Below, one piece after another: positions 32,601 through 40,655 of a stretch of 54,044 nt of DNA. A model generated the notes under the pieces. It did not search any database and was not told where the DNA came from. It was given only the letters and a program-made list of their open reading frames with translations. The position numbers and the translations under genes were made by a program. Every line of letters starts with the position of its first letter. Position 1 is the first letter of the stretch. The stretch is from an uncultured bacterium (GTDB taxonomy: Bacteria > Patescibacteriota > Minisyncoccia > Phycocordibacterales > UBA9973), in NCBI GenBank assembly GCA_903894955.1, contig CAITSA010000027.1, positions 1-54,044 on the forward strand, in the 5' to 3' direction.

Positions 32601-35600
32601 TTCGTTCCGCTTGAAGCTGTATTAGAAGTTACATAAATTGCATAACTGTTCACTGGAGTACCACTGTCTGACATAGATGAGATGTCTAATCCTTTTATGG
32701 TATTTATTACTCCGGTTCCGGTTCCATAGGCTCCCAATTTCGCCAAACTTAAATTAGTAATATTCCCCGTACTCATAACTCCTCCGTAAAATAACATACC
32801 ATACCCATTTGTAATTGTGCCTGTCCCATAGTGATAAAGTGATCCGGCTATTCCTCTCACGCTCCCAGTATAATTTTGCGAACCATATGGGTTTATACCA
32901 AAATTTCCGGCAAAATGATCATACGTATCTGTGCTTAAATTATTGGTTATCTTAACATAGCTTCCGATACCTAGCACCGCGGATGTAGGATTTGTGACAT
33001 CATTATTAACATATAATTTATAAGTCGGCGTCACCGTTCCAATGCCGACGTTGCCTGAACTTAAAATTCTCATTCTCTCTGTCAGCGCCGTATCACCAGT
33101 AGCATTTCTGGTTGAAAATGCTAGATCTCCAATTGTATTTCCAGTTCCATTGGTAAGTAGCCCCTTTATAGCAGCATAACCGATGGAACTTACAGTTTCT
33201 GATTGAGAATTTCCAAAAACTATCGCACCACCCGCACCAGCAGAACCAGAATTTGAATTTATGGCGAGAGTTCCTGTTTTTACTCCCGCATCAGTTAGTG
33301 CAGCAGTTAATTGACCAGCTCCATATATTTCTGTTTGTGCCATAGGCGTCGCCGTCCCAATCCCCACATTCCCACCACTAAAGGTAGCCGCATAATTAGT
33401 CGTACCTCCGGTTGCATTAACTACTAAACCAGTATTGATTGCGGAAGTTCCATTCCAAGTTCCAGTGCTTTCAATATCCATGCCAATTTTGTTAATTGAA
33501 GCAGTACTTGAAGTGTCTGTGACACTGTGAAGGACGCCGGTGTAGGAAGTTGTCTTTGCTGCTGAAGATACTGTGTGAAGTAGAGAGGTTGGAGCGGTTA
33601 TGCCGATGCCAACAGAGCCGGCAGGTGTAAATGTTGCAATATCTATTTGACCTGTATTTTGTCCCTGTGAGGCATCTCCTGTGTATGTTCCTCCACGAAT
33701 TTTAAATCCACTTGAAACTGACGTGCCTGCTATAACACTATCAACATATGAGACAATGTTTGCTCCTTGTCTCCAAGTTGTCCCATCATAATAGAACGAG
33801 GACATTCCTTGACCGACATCATTTGCAACAACAGTAGTTGGCGATGCTTTTGTTCCTCCTGCAACCATAACATTAATCCCTTTTCCGCCATATGCTCCTG
33901 AACCGTAACTTTCAAATAATATTCCTCTATTGTAGCTTGCTGTAGCTTGCGATTGTGAAGCTAAAATATTCAAATTAGCCCCCGGACTCGTCGTTCCGAT
34001 CCCCACATTCCCACCACTAAAGGTAGCCGCATAATTAGTTGTACCTCCGGTAGCATTAACTACTAAACCAGTATTGACTGCAGAAGTTCCATTCCATGTA
34101 CCAGTGCTTTCAATATCCATTCCGATTTTGTTAATTGAAGCAGTGCTTGAAGTATCGGTGACACTGTGAAGGACGCCGGTGTAGGAAGTTGTCTTTGCAG
34201 CTGAAGATACTGTATGGAGTAAAGAGGTTGGAGAGGTTATACCGATGCCGACGGAGCCAGCATTATCAATACGCATTCGTTCAGTTAAGCTTGTCGCACC
34301 ATTAGTATTTGTAAAAAATGTTATGCGACTACCTTGTGCAGTATCAGTCCATGCTTCATCTGTCATAAAGTTAATCTGCGCTCGTGAACCCGAAGAATAA
34401 CCTGTTGTGCCGTATCCAAACATCCCGATAGAGCCAACTTGTGCTCCCGAAGCCAAAGCACTTGGACTTGCTGCCGTGCCAGCCGCTCGTCGAAAATCTA
34501 ATATTCCGATGCCAGAGTAGGTATCTATAACAGCACGGGTTGTTGCCGAGTCAGCTCCAACAAGGTGGAGATAAGTAGTTGCGGGTGGAGCAACGGGTGC
34601 GACCGTATTCGCATTTATTGTCATCAGAGAGTCCGGACTTGTCGTCCCCACCCCCACATTCCCACCTTTGAAATAGACACCCGTCGTGGATGAAGGTCCA
34701 ATCCAAGATTCAGCTAGAGTGGTTAAAGGATTGAGAGAAGTAGAGTTGGTAATACCTCCAGTCATCGTACCTCCAGCGAGCGGTAGGTCTAAAGAAGAAT
34801 GTCCGGTGAGAGAACCAGTAATCGTTCCAGCAGAGAAATTACCAGAAGCGTCACGAGCGACAATGGTGGAAGCAGTGTTAGCATCAGTGGCATCAGTTCC
34901 AAGAGTGACTCCAGTAGAACCGTTGTAAGAAGTTCCAGTCAGATGTGTGCCAAAAGTTAAGGTACTCAAGTTAGAACCGAGAGCGATGCCACTGATGGTG
35001 GAGTTGGCAAGCATTGCATTGGTGATGGAACTATTGGGTAAAGAAACTGTTCCAATAATGGTTAAGCCACCTGTCCCTTGAATAAGTCCGGATCCAGAAT
35101 TAACTCCGACTGCCGTGACCGCTCCTGCCGAAGAAACTTGAAACTGAGAAGTAGCACCGACAGAGAGAGGAGCAGAAGGCGTCGTCGTCCCAACCCCCAC
35201 ATTCCCATCTTTGAAATAGACACCCGTCGTGGATGAAGGTCCAATCCAAGATTCAGCTAGAGTGGTTAAAGGATTGAGAGAAGTAGAGTTGGTAATTCCT
35301 CCGGTCATGGTGCCTCCAGCGAGGGGTAGGTCTAAAGAAGAATGTCCGGTGAGAGAACCAGTAATCGTTCCAGCAGAGAAATTACCAGAAGCATCTCGAG
35401 CGACAATAGTGGAGGCAGTGTTGGCGTCAGTAGCATCAGTTCCAAGAGTGACTCCAGTGGAACCGTTGTAAGAAGTTCCAGTCAGATGTGTGCCAAAAGT
35501 TAAGGTACTCAAGTTAGAACCGAGAGCAATGCCACTGATGGTGGAGTTGGCAAGCATTGCATTGGTGATGGAACTATTGGGTAAAGAAACTGTTCCAGTA

Positions 35601-38446
35601 ATGGTTAAGCCACCAGTGCCTTGGATAAGTCCGGATTCAGAATTTAAACCAACAGCCGTGACTGCTCCAGTAGAAGAAACTTGAAATTGAGAAGTAGCAC
35701 CAACCGAGAGTGGAGCGGAAGGTGAAGTTGTCCCGAAGCCGACGTTGCCATCTTTAAAATAAATTCCAGTAGTGGAAGAAGGTCCAATCCAAGATTCAGC
35801 TAGAGTGGTTAAAGGATTGAGAGAAGTAGAGTTGGTAATTCCTCCGGTCATGGTGCCTCCAGCGAGGGGTAGATCTAAAGAAGCATTTCCGGTTAAAGAA
35901 CCGCTGAAAGTAGCCGCAGTAACAGTACCGCTCCCAGCATTAATAGAATTATTATTTGTTAAAAGTCCCGTCGTCCAAGTACCAGCTATTTCTATACCAG
36001 TTGTTCCAGTACCAGTGTTGTTTAAATAAATACCGTTTTCAGTTACGCCGGTACCAGTATTGGAAAGTGAAAGAAGTTTTTGGGTACCACTTGTAGTGTT
36101 GTTAGTTAAATTACCAGAAAGCAAATTAACATCTGCGCCTATGGAAGTATCGTCAACTGTGTAGCTAGCGTTAAAAGGATAATTAGTATTGAAATAACGC
36201 AAGTCAGAAAGACCAGAATTCCATTGAAGGGTCGCATTACCAGCTCCAAGATTATTTCTATAAAAAATTAAACTTTCTTTCACGTCAGAAGTTTGAGTAG
36301 AACCAATAGTCCAAGAAGTGGAAGAAGTAGCTCCACTGGCCACCACTCCTGCGATATTATTTGCAGTGATTTGGTCAAAGTATCCATTTTTCCAATAATA
36401 AGTTGGTGAACCAATCGTATTGGTATTTGATGTTGCTGAAGTAGTTGGTCGTAATGCTCCTGTGGAGTCAAAAACGATTCGTTGATTAACTCCTGGGTTA
36501 AGATCTAAAACATTTTTTTCTCCGCTTCCTGTTCCTGCTCCACTGACTGCTATTTTTAAACCGGTATAACCACCTCCGGCAGTCGTGGCATCAGTAACGG
36601 TGATGATTTGACCATTACTCATCTCTCCATTCCCTGCATTCGCCGTCAAAGTATTGCCAATCAGAGTTCCATTAGTGATAGCATTATCAGTCACTGAAAA
36701 AATAGTGCCAGTAGGAACAGATGAAGTGATGGATGATGTTCCACTATTTTGTTCGTAATTGGTAACATAGAGATTCGGAATAGTAATGTTGCCAGTACCA
36801 AATGTTACGGGTCTATTGTTCACTGTGTTAATGGAAAGAGTGGAAGCAGAATTTAAATCAATGATTGGATTAAAAGCGGAAATATTCGTACTAACGTTTT
36901 TTAATTCCACCGCTCCAGTGCCAGTACTGAAAGTATTACTACCAGTCACCGTCGTTGCTCCGTTTAAAGAAACTGCTCCGGTACCAGTACTGAAAGTTCC
37001 AATCCCTGTTTGAGAAAAATTAGAATCGTTTTGGATGGTAATTGCTCCGTTAGAAGTCAAACCAGAAGTAGCAGTGACCAATCCAGAAATAATCGGAGTG
37101 GCTGTCCAAGCGGTAGGATTAATTGTCAAAGTGGTAGCTACTTTACCCAAATTGGTAGCAGTGGAATTAACAGTACCAAGATTAAAAATTCCCGCTGAAT
37201 CAATTGCCATAGTTCCAGAGGTATTTGTCTGAATAGTTAAGTCACCTGCTGTATTCGTCCAACCTGACGCTCCGCCAGAAGCAAGATTTAAAATTCCCGT
37301 AGAGTTTCCAATATTGGTGGCTGCAGTTCCGGTAGCATTGATATTAGTTATTCCCGTTTGAGTAAAAGTATTATCAAGAGTGGTCGCTCCGTGAATCGTT
37401 ACCGTATCAGTTCCAGTATCTCCTAAAGTAGTATTACCAATGACAGTTAAAAGTTTTGTGCTGACTGCTTCGTGCAATGCGTCAGAAAGACTTTCGAGAT
37501 TGTTGCTTATAGAATCAAATATTCTGTTAACTTGCTTATTTAAAAAACTATTAGAAATAAAAGAAGATGTGTCAATGTTATTACTGCTACCAGCTGGACC
37601 CATAGGTCCTTGGGAACCTGTAGCTCCTTTAGGACCAGCAGGACCACGCAAGGTAATAATCTTCGCTGGAAGAGAGGAGGAAATCCCCGCCGTATTTTTA
37701 ATTCCAGGTTTAGAGATATAATTTTTAAAAAATGAATTTAGATCAGAGAGGGAGAGAGTGGCTTTGGGTGAAAGATAGTTTTTAAAAGCATTTGCCAAAG
37801 TATCGTAATTGAGGGGAGGATTAACTTCTGATTTAACTAAAATAGCAGACAATAAATTCCCTGGGAAGGAAGCAATTTTTTTAGAAAGAGCAGATAAATT
37901 AAAATTGCTTAAATATGAGATTCCAAGAATGAGAAGAAAAGTGAGAACGAGTTGCGCTCCTTTTCTTCTAATGAAAGAGATTTTTTTACTAGGAATTTTT
38001 GCAATCTCTGGTAGTTGAATTTTATCCGCTAAAACAGGTTCCGGCTCTGGGATTTTTTTATTTATACTATCTGAATCAGACTTAAACTCTAAAAGTGGTT
38101 CTAATTTAAGTGATGAACTATTATATTTAAGAATTGATTCTTCCCCGACGTACCAAACACGACCAACTCTTTTAGAGTCAACTTTATGATCTCTGGCTAG
38201 TTGGCCAATATAGTCTCTGGAGTAGCCCGTCAAGGCGCTAGCTTCCTTGGCAGAAATGTACTTCTTAAAATTATTATATTTAAGAATTGATTCTTCCCCG
38301 ACGTACCAAACACGACCAACTCTTTTAGAGTCAACTTTATTACCCCTTACCAATTGACCAATATAGTCTCTGGAGTAGCCTGTAAGAGCACTGGCCTCCT
38401 TGGCAGAAATATACTTCTTGTTATCAAAAAATAGACTAGGGCTCAT
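29657..38446 (-). CDS. Giant (2,929 aa) membrane-anchored tail-fibre-like surface protein
   Basis: Uninterrupted ORF. In order: two tandem 51-aa excisionase/MerR-like HTH copies, one TM helix (LVLTFLLILGISYL) and 7 collagen-like G-X-Y triplets (GPAGPKGATGSQGPMGPAGSS). Then more than 2,300 aa of G/T/S/N-rich repeats. An S74-like intramolecular chaperone segment follows (SDARLKKNVEDMNYGLSTVMSLRPVLYNWNYE...GFIAQEVEALVPKLV), and the protein ends in a Pro/Thr/Ser tail. Confidence 0.9.
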   Translation of the reverse strand: MSPSLFFDNKKYISAKEASALTGYSRDYIGQLVRGNKVDSKRVGRVWYVGEESILKYNNFKKYISAKEASALTGYSRDYIGQLARDHKVDSKRVGRVWYVGEESILKYNSSSLKLEPLLEFKSDSDSINKKIPEPEPVLADKIQLPEIAKIPSKKISFIRRKGAQLVLTFLLILGISYLSNFNLSALSKKIASFPGNLLSAILVKSEVNPPLNYDTLANAFKNYLSPKATLSLSDLNSFFKNYISKPGIKNTAGISSSLPAKIITLRGPAGPKGATGSQGPMGPAGSSNNIDTSSFISNSFLNKQVNRIFDSISNNLESLSDALHEAVSTKLLTVIGNTTLGDTGTDTVTIHGATTLDNTFTQTGITNINATGTAATNIGNSTGILNLASGGASGWTNTAGDLTIQTNTSGTMAIDSAGIFNLGTVNSTATNLGKVATTLTINPTAWTATPIISGLVTATSGLTSNGAITIQNDSNFSQTGIGTFSTGTGAVSLNGATTVTGSNTFSTGTGAVELKNVSTNISAFNPIIDLNSASTLSINTVNNRPVTFGTGNITIPNLYVTNYEQNSGTSSITSSVPTGTIFSVTDNAITNGTLIGNTLTANAGNGEMSNGQIITVTDATTAGGGYTGLKIAVSGAGTGSGEKNVLDLNPGVNQRIVFDSTGALRPTTSATSNTNTIGSPTYYWKNGYFDQITANNIAGVVASGATSSTSWTIGSTQTSDVKESLIFYRNNLGAGNATLQWNSGLSDLRYFNTNYPFNASYTVDDTSIGADVNLLSGNLTNNTTSGTQKLLSLSNTGTGVTENGIYLNNTGTGTTGIEIAGTWTTGLLTNNNSINAGSGTVTAATFSGSLTGNASLDLPLAGGTMTGGITNSTSLNPLTTLAESWIGPSSTTGIYFKDGNVGFGTTSPSAPLSVGATSQFQVSSTGAVTAVGLNSESGLIQGTGGLTITGTVSLPNSSITNAMLANSTISGIALGSNLSTLTFGTHLTGTSYNGSTGVTLGTDATDANTASTIVARDASGNFSAGTITGSLTGHSSLDLPLAGGTMTGGITNSTSLNPLTTLAESWIGPSSTTGVYFKDGNVGVGTTTPSAPLSVGATSQFQVSSAGAVTAVGVNSGSGLIQGTGGLTIIGTVSLPNSSITNAMLANSTISGIALGSNLSTLTFGTHLTGTSYNGSTGVTLGTDATDANTASTIVARDASGNFSAGTITGSLTGHSSLDLPLAGGTMTGGITNSTSLNPLTTLAESWIGPSSTTGVYFKGGNVGVGTTSPDSLMTINANTVAPVAPPATTYLHLVGADSATTRAVIDTYSGIGILDFRRAAGTAASPSALASGAQVGSIGMFGYGTTGYSSGSRAQINFMTDEAWTDTAQGSRITFFTNTNGATSLTERMRIDNAGSVGIGITSPTSLLHTVSSAAKTTSYTGVLHSVTDTSSTASINKIGMDIESTGTWNGTSAVNTGLVVNATGGTTNYAATFSGGNVGIGTTSPGANLNILASQSQATASYNRGILFESYGSGAYGGKGINVMVAGGTKASPTTVVANDVGQGMSSFYYDGTTWRQGANIVSYVDSVIAGTSVSSGFKIRGGTYTGDASQGQNTGQIDIATFTPAGSVGIGITAPTSLLHTVSSAAKTTSYTGVLHSVTDTSSTASINKIGMDIESTGTWNGTSAINTGLVVNATGGTTNYAATFSGGNVGIGTATPMAQTEIYGAGQLTAALTDAGVKTGTLAINSNSGSAGAGGAIVFGNSQSETVSSIGYAAIKGLLTNGTGNTIGDLAFSTRNATGDTALTERMRILSSGNVGIGTVTPTYKLYVNNDVTNPTSAVLGIGSYVKITNNLSTDTYDHFAGNFGINPYGSQNYTGSVRGIAGSLYHYGTGTITNGYGMLFYGGVMSTGNITNLSLAKLGAYGTGTGVINTIKGLDISSMSDSGTPVNSYAIYVTSNTASSGTNKYGLYIGDISGAATANYALYSSSGTNYFGGNVGIGITAPTSLLHTVSSAAKTTAYTGILHSVTDTSSTASINKIGMDIESTGTWNGTSAVNTGLVVNATGGTTNYAATFSGGNVGIGTTTPSGILHAVNSALTSTAIFERSGQTSNSIFAGVRVLTTKTSDMGDGFGTALAFNIQDDAGVINPIGSIGAVRNGADNTGNLVFYPYNAGSATLAMTINNNGSVGIGTTSPTSLLHTVSSAAKTTAYTGILHNVTDTSSTASINKIGMDIESTGTWNGTSAVNTGLVVNATGGTTNYAATFSGGNVGIGTATPGYKLDVAGAGHFSGNLTLDTGASQSFVGIFSVTGSDSHAIRLYPSLAVGSFNGLTQAGDSALIFTNGSVNTGNLVIGPWGNYGLRITNTGSVGVGVSSPTAYLHLNAGTATASTAPLKFTSGTNLTTAEAGAMEYDGTQLYFSPSTTRNILAQVSGSTALTAGSIPFISTTSGYLTQNNANFFWDNTNNRLGVGTTSPTQMLSVGSSSQFNVTSAGAITATKITSSLTYTTTSGTSMTDNPIIYSNPTAGTSGSYRAGVFQAVQQGSYNNTGNIMGINGQAQHQGTGTLANAYGLNFAVYNAPGAGNTNVLTNAYGVYSFVMNQGTVAGAVISNAYSLYAGGLNNGSGGTVTNTYGVYIESQTAGIQTNSPFGLYQAGASDKNYFAGNVGIGTTSPGAPLEVKGSVTHATIAKFTDASDTTSCTFSSGGLIACSSDARLKKNVEDMNYGLSTVMSLRPVLYNWNYETDGSVKNLGFIAQEVEALVPKLVSTDEEGMKSLNSIGMVPIAIKAIQELNLNLEGVAGTVTPIPGSSSESFVTAFFTNIKIKIGTWLADAGNGIGNVFANVFNAKEKICVDGECLTKDDVHALLLLAHPPSTTSEPVTDQPSAETPAPTEPATPPSTSASAVEPVVETPTPEVTTPSTDSGQTSSLPATSAVIPSTDSTTLTP
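31676..34260. repeat. Four dispersed ~270-nt near-identical coding repeats within the giant gene
   Basis: Protein module (G/S)VGIG(I/T)T(S/A)PTSLLHTVSSAAKTT.YTG(V/I)LH.VTDTSSTASINKIGMDIESTGTWNGTSA(V/I)NTGLVVNATGGTTNYAATFSGGNVGIGT occurs four times. The DNA copies start near 31676, 32247, 33352 and 33985. Confidence 0.8.
34625..35890. repeat. Tandem 543-nt (181-aa) coding repeat, about 2.3 units
   Basis: Shadow ORFs at 34686, 35229 and 35772 are spaced exactly 543 nt apart with near-identical translations. The protein unit is SLDLPLAGGTMTGGITNSTSLNPLTTLAESWIGPSSTTG...GSLTGHS. Confidence 0.85.
38120..38425. repeat. Tandem 153-nt duplication encoding the two N-terminal HTH copies
   Basis: ttaagaattgattcttccccgacgtaccaaacacgaccaactcttttagagtcaacttta occurs twice about 153 nt apart. 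Confidence 0.8.
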
Positions 38447-38508
38447 TAGTATTATTATACCTTTGGCAATTTTCTAAAAACATCAAAATAGGTGGAAAAC
38501 AAAAAACA

Positions 38509-38540
38509 TCTCGGCTAAATCTCGGGTAATCTCGGGTAAC
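38509..38540. promoter_or_regulatory. Triple direct repeat TCTCGG(C/G)TAA in the divergent intergenic region
   Basis: tctcggctaaa tctcgggtaa tctcgggtaac, three copies at 10-11-nt spacing between the giant gene and the MerR-like gene. Confidence 0.35.
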
Positions 38541-38820
38541 TTTTAATAGATAAAATTTATCTAAAAATAACATCGAGGCAACCTCTAAAAAATCTTCACT
38601 TTGGCAAAAAGAATATAATCTAAGTTATTAAATTATATTTAATGTTAAACCATAATTTATTGACCTAAAAATAGATAAAAATTAAGCTGAAATTTAAAAA
38701 TGTTCAGAATATAGACTGATCTGAAAGATATCTTTGTTATACACATCAAAGATTGCAAAACTTTACAAAAGTTTATATGATTAGGATGTACCTTTAGTAA
38801 GGTTTATAAAAGTAAAAATT

Positions 38821-39063
38821 ATGTCTGATCAATTTATTACAATAAAACAAGCCGCTAGTATTCTAGGAGTTTCTCCCCTGACCCTCCGTAATTGGGACAA
38901 GAATGGAAAGTTAAAAGCTTATAGACACCCTATGAATAATTATAGAGTTTACAAAATTGAAGACTTAGAAGCTGTTATCGGAGAGATAAAAAGTGGCACA
39001 GGATACAGAAAAAACGCAAAAAGAGAGTTCAGAAAAATCATTGTAAGGCATCTATCGGATTAA
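38821..39063 (+). CDS. Small MerR/excisionase-type HTH protein
   Basis: 80-aa ORF. ITIKQAASILGVSPLTLRNWDKNGKLKAYRHPMNNYRVYKIEDLEAVI matches the HTH found at the HsdM N-terminus. Confidence 0.7.
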   Translation: MSDQFITIKQAASILGVSPLTLRNWDKNGKLKAYRHPMNNYRVYKIEDLEAVIGEIKSGTGYRKNAKREFRKIIVRHLSD

Positions 39064-39110
39064 CAATACAAAATAAATATTTTTGGTTGTCAATGGTGAA
39101 ATAATAGGAA

Positions 39111-40487
39111 TTAGCCTAAATATTCTCTTAGGAATTTTTCTTTAAATTCAAAAAAGTTTTCTTCTAAAATTGATTGTCGAATTTTTTTTACTAAGTTAAC
39201 AATAAAATATAAATTGTGAATAGAGGCGAGTGTCCCCGCTAGCATTTCTTTCCCATGAAAAAGATGCGCGATGTATGCCCGAGAATACCCCGAACGAGAG
39301 CCTTCAGCTCCGTACGAGGCAAAATTCTTACAAGTAAAACAACCACACCCTTCATCTAGTGGACCGAAGTCATTTCTGAATTTTGTATTCATGATAATTA
39401 TTTTCCCATTTTTAGTATAAATAGTTCCATTCCTCCCCAACCGCGTCGGAGCCACACAATCAAAAAGATCCACTCCATTTTCAATCCCCATAAATAAATC
39501 TTCCGGTTCTCCAATGCCAAGCAAGTGACGAGGTTTTTCTTCCGGCAAAATTTCATTGACCCATTTTACAGCCGTAGACATATCCTCTTTCGCGAAACTC
39601 CCACCAATACCAAAACCATCAAAATATGTTCCATCTACATTTATTTCTGAAATAATTTTTGCAGATTTTTTCCTCAAACTCTCTTCCCTTCCCCCTTGCA
39701 CGATACCAAATAGCGCGGGAGAAAATTCTCTTTTTTGGGGTGTCTCGCAGGCTGACGAGCCGAGAGGCAGTGCTGGGACAGCAGTCCCAGACAGCGACCC
39801 CAAAGAAGAACCTTTTTCCTCTTCGCCTAATAATTTCTGATGCTCCATCAAACTCCTCTCTGCCCATCTGTGCGTCCTCTCTAATGCTTCTTCTTGATAT
39901 TTTAAATCTTCACTCGGAGAAGTACATTCATCAAAAGCAAAAATTATATCTGCTCCAAGGTTGTGCTGAATTTGAATTGATTTTTCGGGAGTGATGTAAT
40001 GAATAGAACCATCTAAATGTGACTTAAAAGAAACACCGTCTTGTCCAATCTTTGCTAAACGAGGAGCATCACTATCATCAAAACGTTCCGGAATTAACAA
40101 TGATGGATCGGTAATTTTGGAAAGATGAATCAATTTAGAAATATCTTTTCCGAAAGCAGCCCCCAAAGAAAATACTTGGAAACCCCCAGAATCAGTCATG
40201 GTGGGACCTTTCCAGTTCATAAATTTACCAATCCCACCTGCATCACGCACAATTTCATCTCCAGGCTGTAAATACAAATGATAAGTATTGCCAAGCACTA
40301 CTTGGGTACCAGCATCTTTCACCTGTTCAGGATTTAAAGATTTTACCGTAGCCTTGGTTCCGACTGCCACAAAAGCTGGAGTCAAAATATCTCCATGCGG
40401 AGTCTCTAAAACCCCTACCCTGCCCAGATATGTTTTACCGGCTTCGCCTTTGCTATTTGTTAACTTTTTTTGTATTTTAAATTTCAT
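39111..40487 (-). CDS. tgt: tRNA-guanine transglycosylase (queuine tRNA-ribosyltransferase) with two GC-rich in-frame insertions
   Basis: 458-aa ORF with GVLETPHG, TDSGGFQVFSL, GIVQGG and the zinc site CGCFTC...H. It carries the extra segments GSSLGSLSGTAVPALPLGSSACETPQ and ASYGAEGSRSG. Confidence 0.9.
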   Translation of the reverse strand: MKFKIQKKLTNSKGEAGKTYLGRVGVLETPHGDILTPAFVAVGTKATVKSLNPEQVKDAGTQVVLGNTYHLYLQPGDEIVRDAGGIGKFMNWKGPTMTDSGGFQVFSLGAAFGKDISKLIHLSKITDPSLLIPERFDDSDAPRLAKIGQDGVSFKSHLDGSIHYITPEKSIQIQHNLGADIIFAFDECTSPSEDLKYQEEALERTHRWAERSLMEHQKLLGEEEKGSSLGSLSGTAVPALPLGSSACETPQKREFSPALFGIVQGGREESLRKKSAKIISEINVDGTYFDGFGIGGSFAKEDMSTAVKWVNEILPEEKPRHLLGIGEPEDLFMGIENGVDLFDCVAPTRLGRNGTIYTKNGKIIIMNTKFRNDFGPLDEGCGCFTCKNFASYGAEGSRSGYSRAYIAHLFHGKEMLAGTLASIHNLYFIVNLVKKIRQSILEENFFEFKEKFLREYLG

Positions 40488-40518
40488 TTGATGTATATTT
40501 TTATACCTGTGGATAACT

Positions 40519-40548
40519 TTGACTTTACGAACGTTCGTATGTTATACT
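40519..40548 (+). promoter_or_regulatory. Near-consensus sigma-70-type promoter with a palindromic operator in the spacer
   Basis: TTGACT (40519-40524), an 18-nt spacer, then TATACT (40543-40548). The spacer contains the perfect 14-nt palindrome TACGAACGTTCGTA (40526-40539). Confidence 0.5.
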
Positions 40549-40554
40549 GGAAAT

Positions 40555-40652
40555 ACAAAGAATTGTTGACCGAACTGTTACCGGACGGTGGCGTGGCTGG
40601 GACAACCAGCATAGGAAACAATCCGAGAAAAAACCCTTCGGGGTTTTTTCTT
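40555..40652 (+). ncRNA. Candidate ~100-nt small RNA (promoter-to-terminator unit without an ORF)
   Basis: Bounded by the promoter above and the terminator below. It has a GC-rich core with hairpin GCTGG-GACAA-CCAGC and is antisense to the tgt upstream region. Confidence 0.3.
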
Positions 40653-40655
40653 TTA
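40626..40655. terminator. Bidirectional intrinsic terminator
   Basis: GAAAAAACCC-TTCG-GGGTTTTTTC, with an A-tract and a T-tract on either side, directly after the DUF3800 gene stop. Confidence 0.7.

Noticed and set aside
29662-38018. Many 60-98-aa + strand ORFs within the giant gene, several with near-identical sequences.
   Set aside because: They are antisense shadows of a Gly/Thr/Ser-rich gene with few stop codons on the opposite strand. Their recurrence simply mirrors the 543-nt and ~270-nt coding repeats.
29657-38446. Diversity-generating retroelement (template/variable repeat) explanation for the giant-gene repeats.
   Set aside because: No reverse-transcriptase ORF is present anywhere in the window. 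The repeats are all inside one ORF, and by eye the differences are not obviously adenine-specific.
39556-39994. Three ORFs (82-111 aa, both strands) overlapping the tgt GC-rich insertion.
   Set aside because: They are created by the local GC-rich, stop-poor insertion. tgt is continuous and motif-complete through this region.
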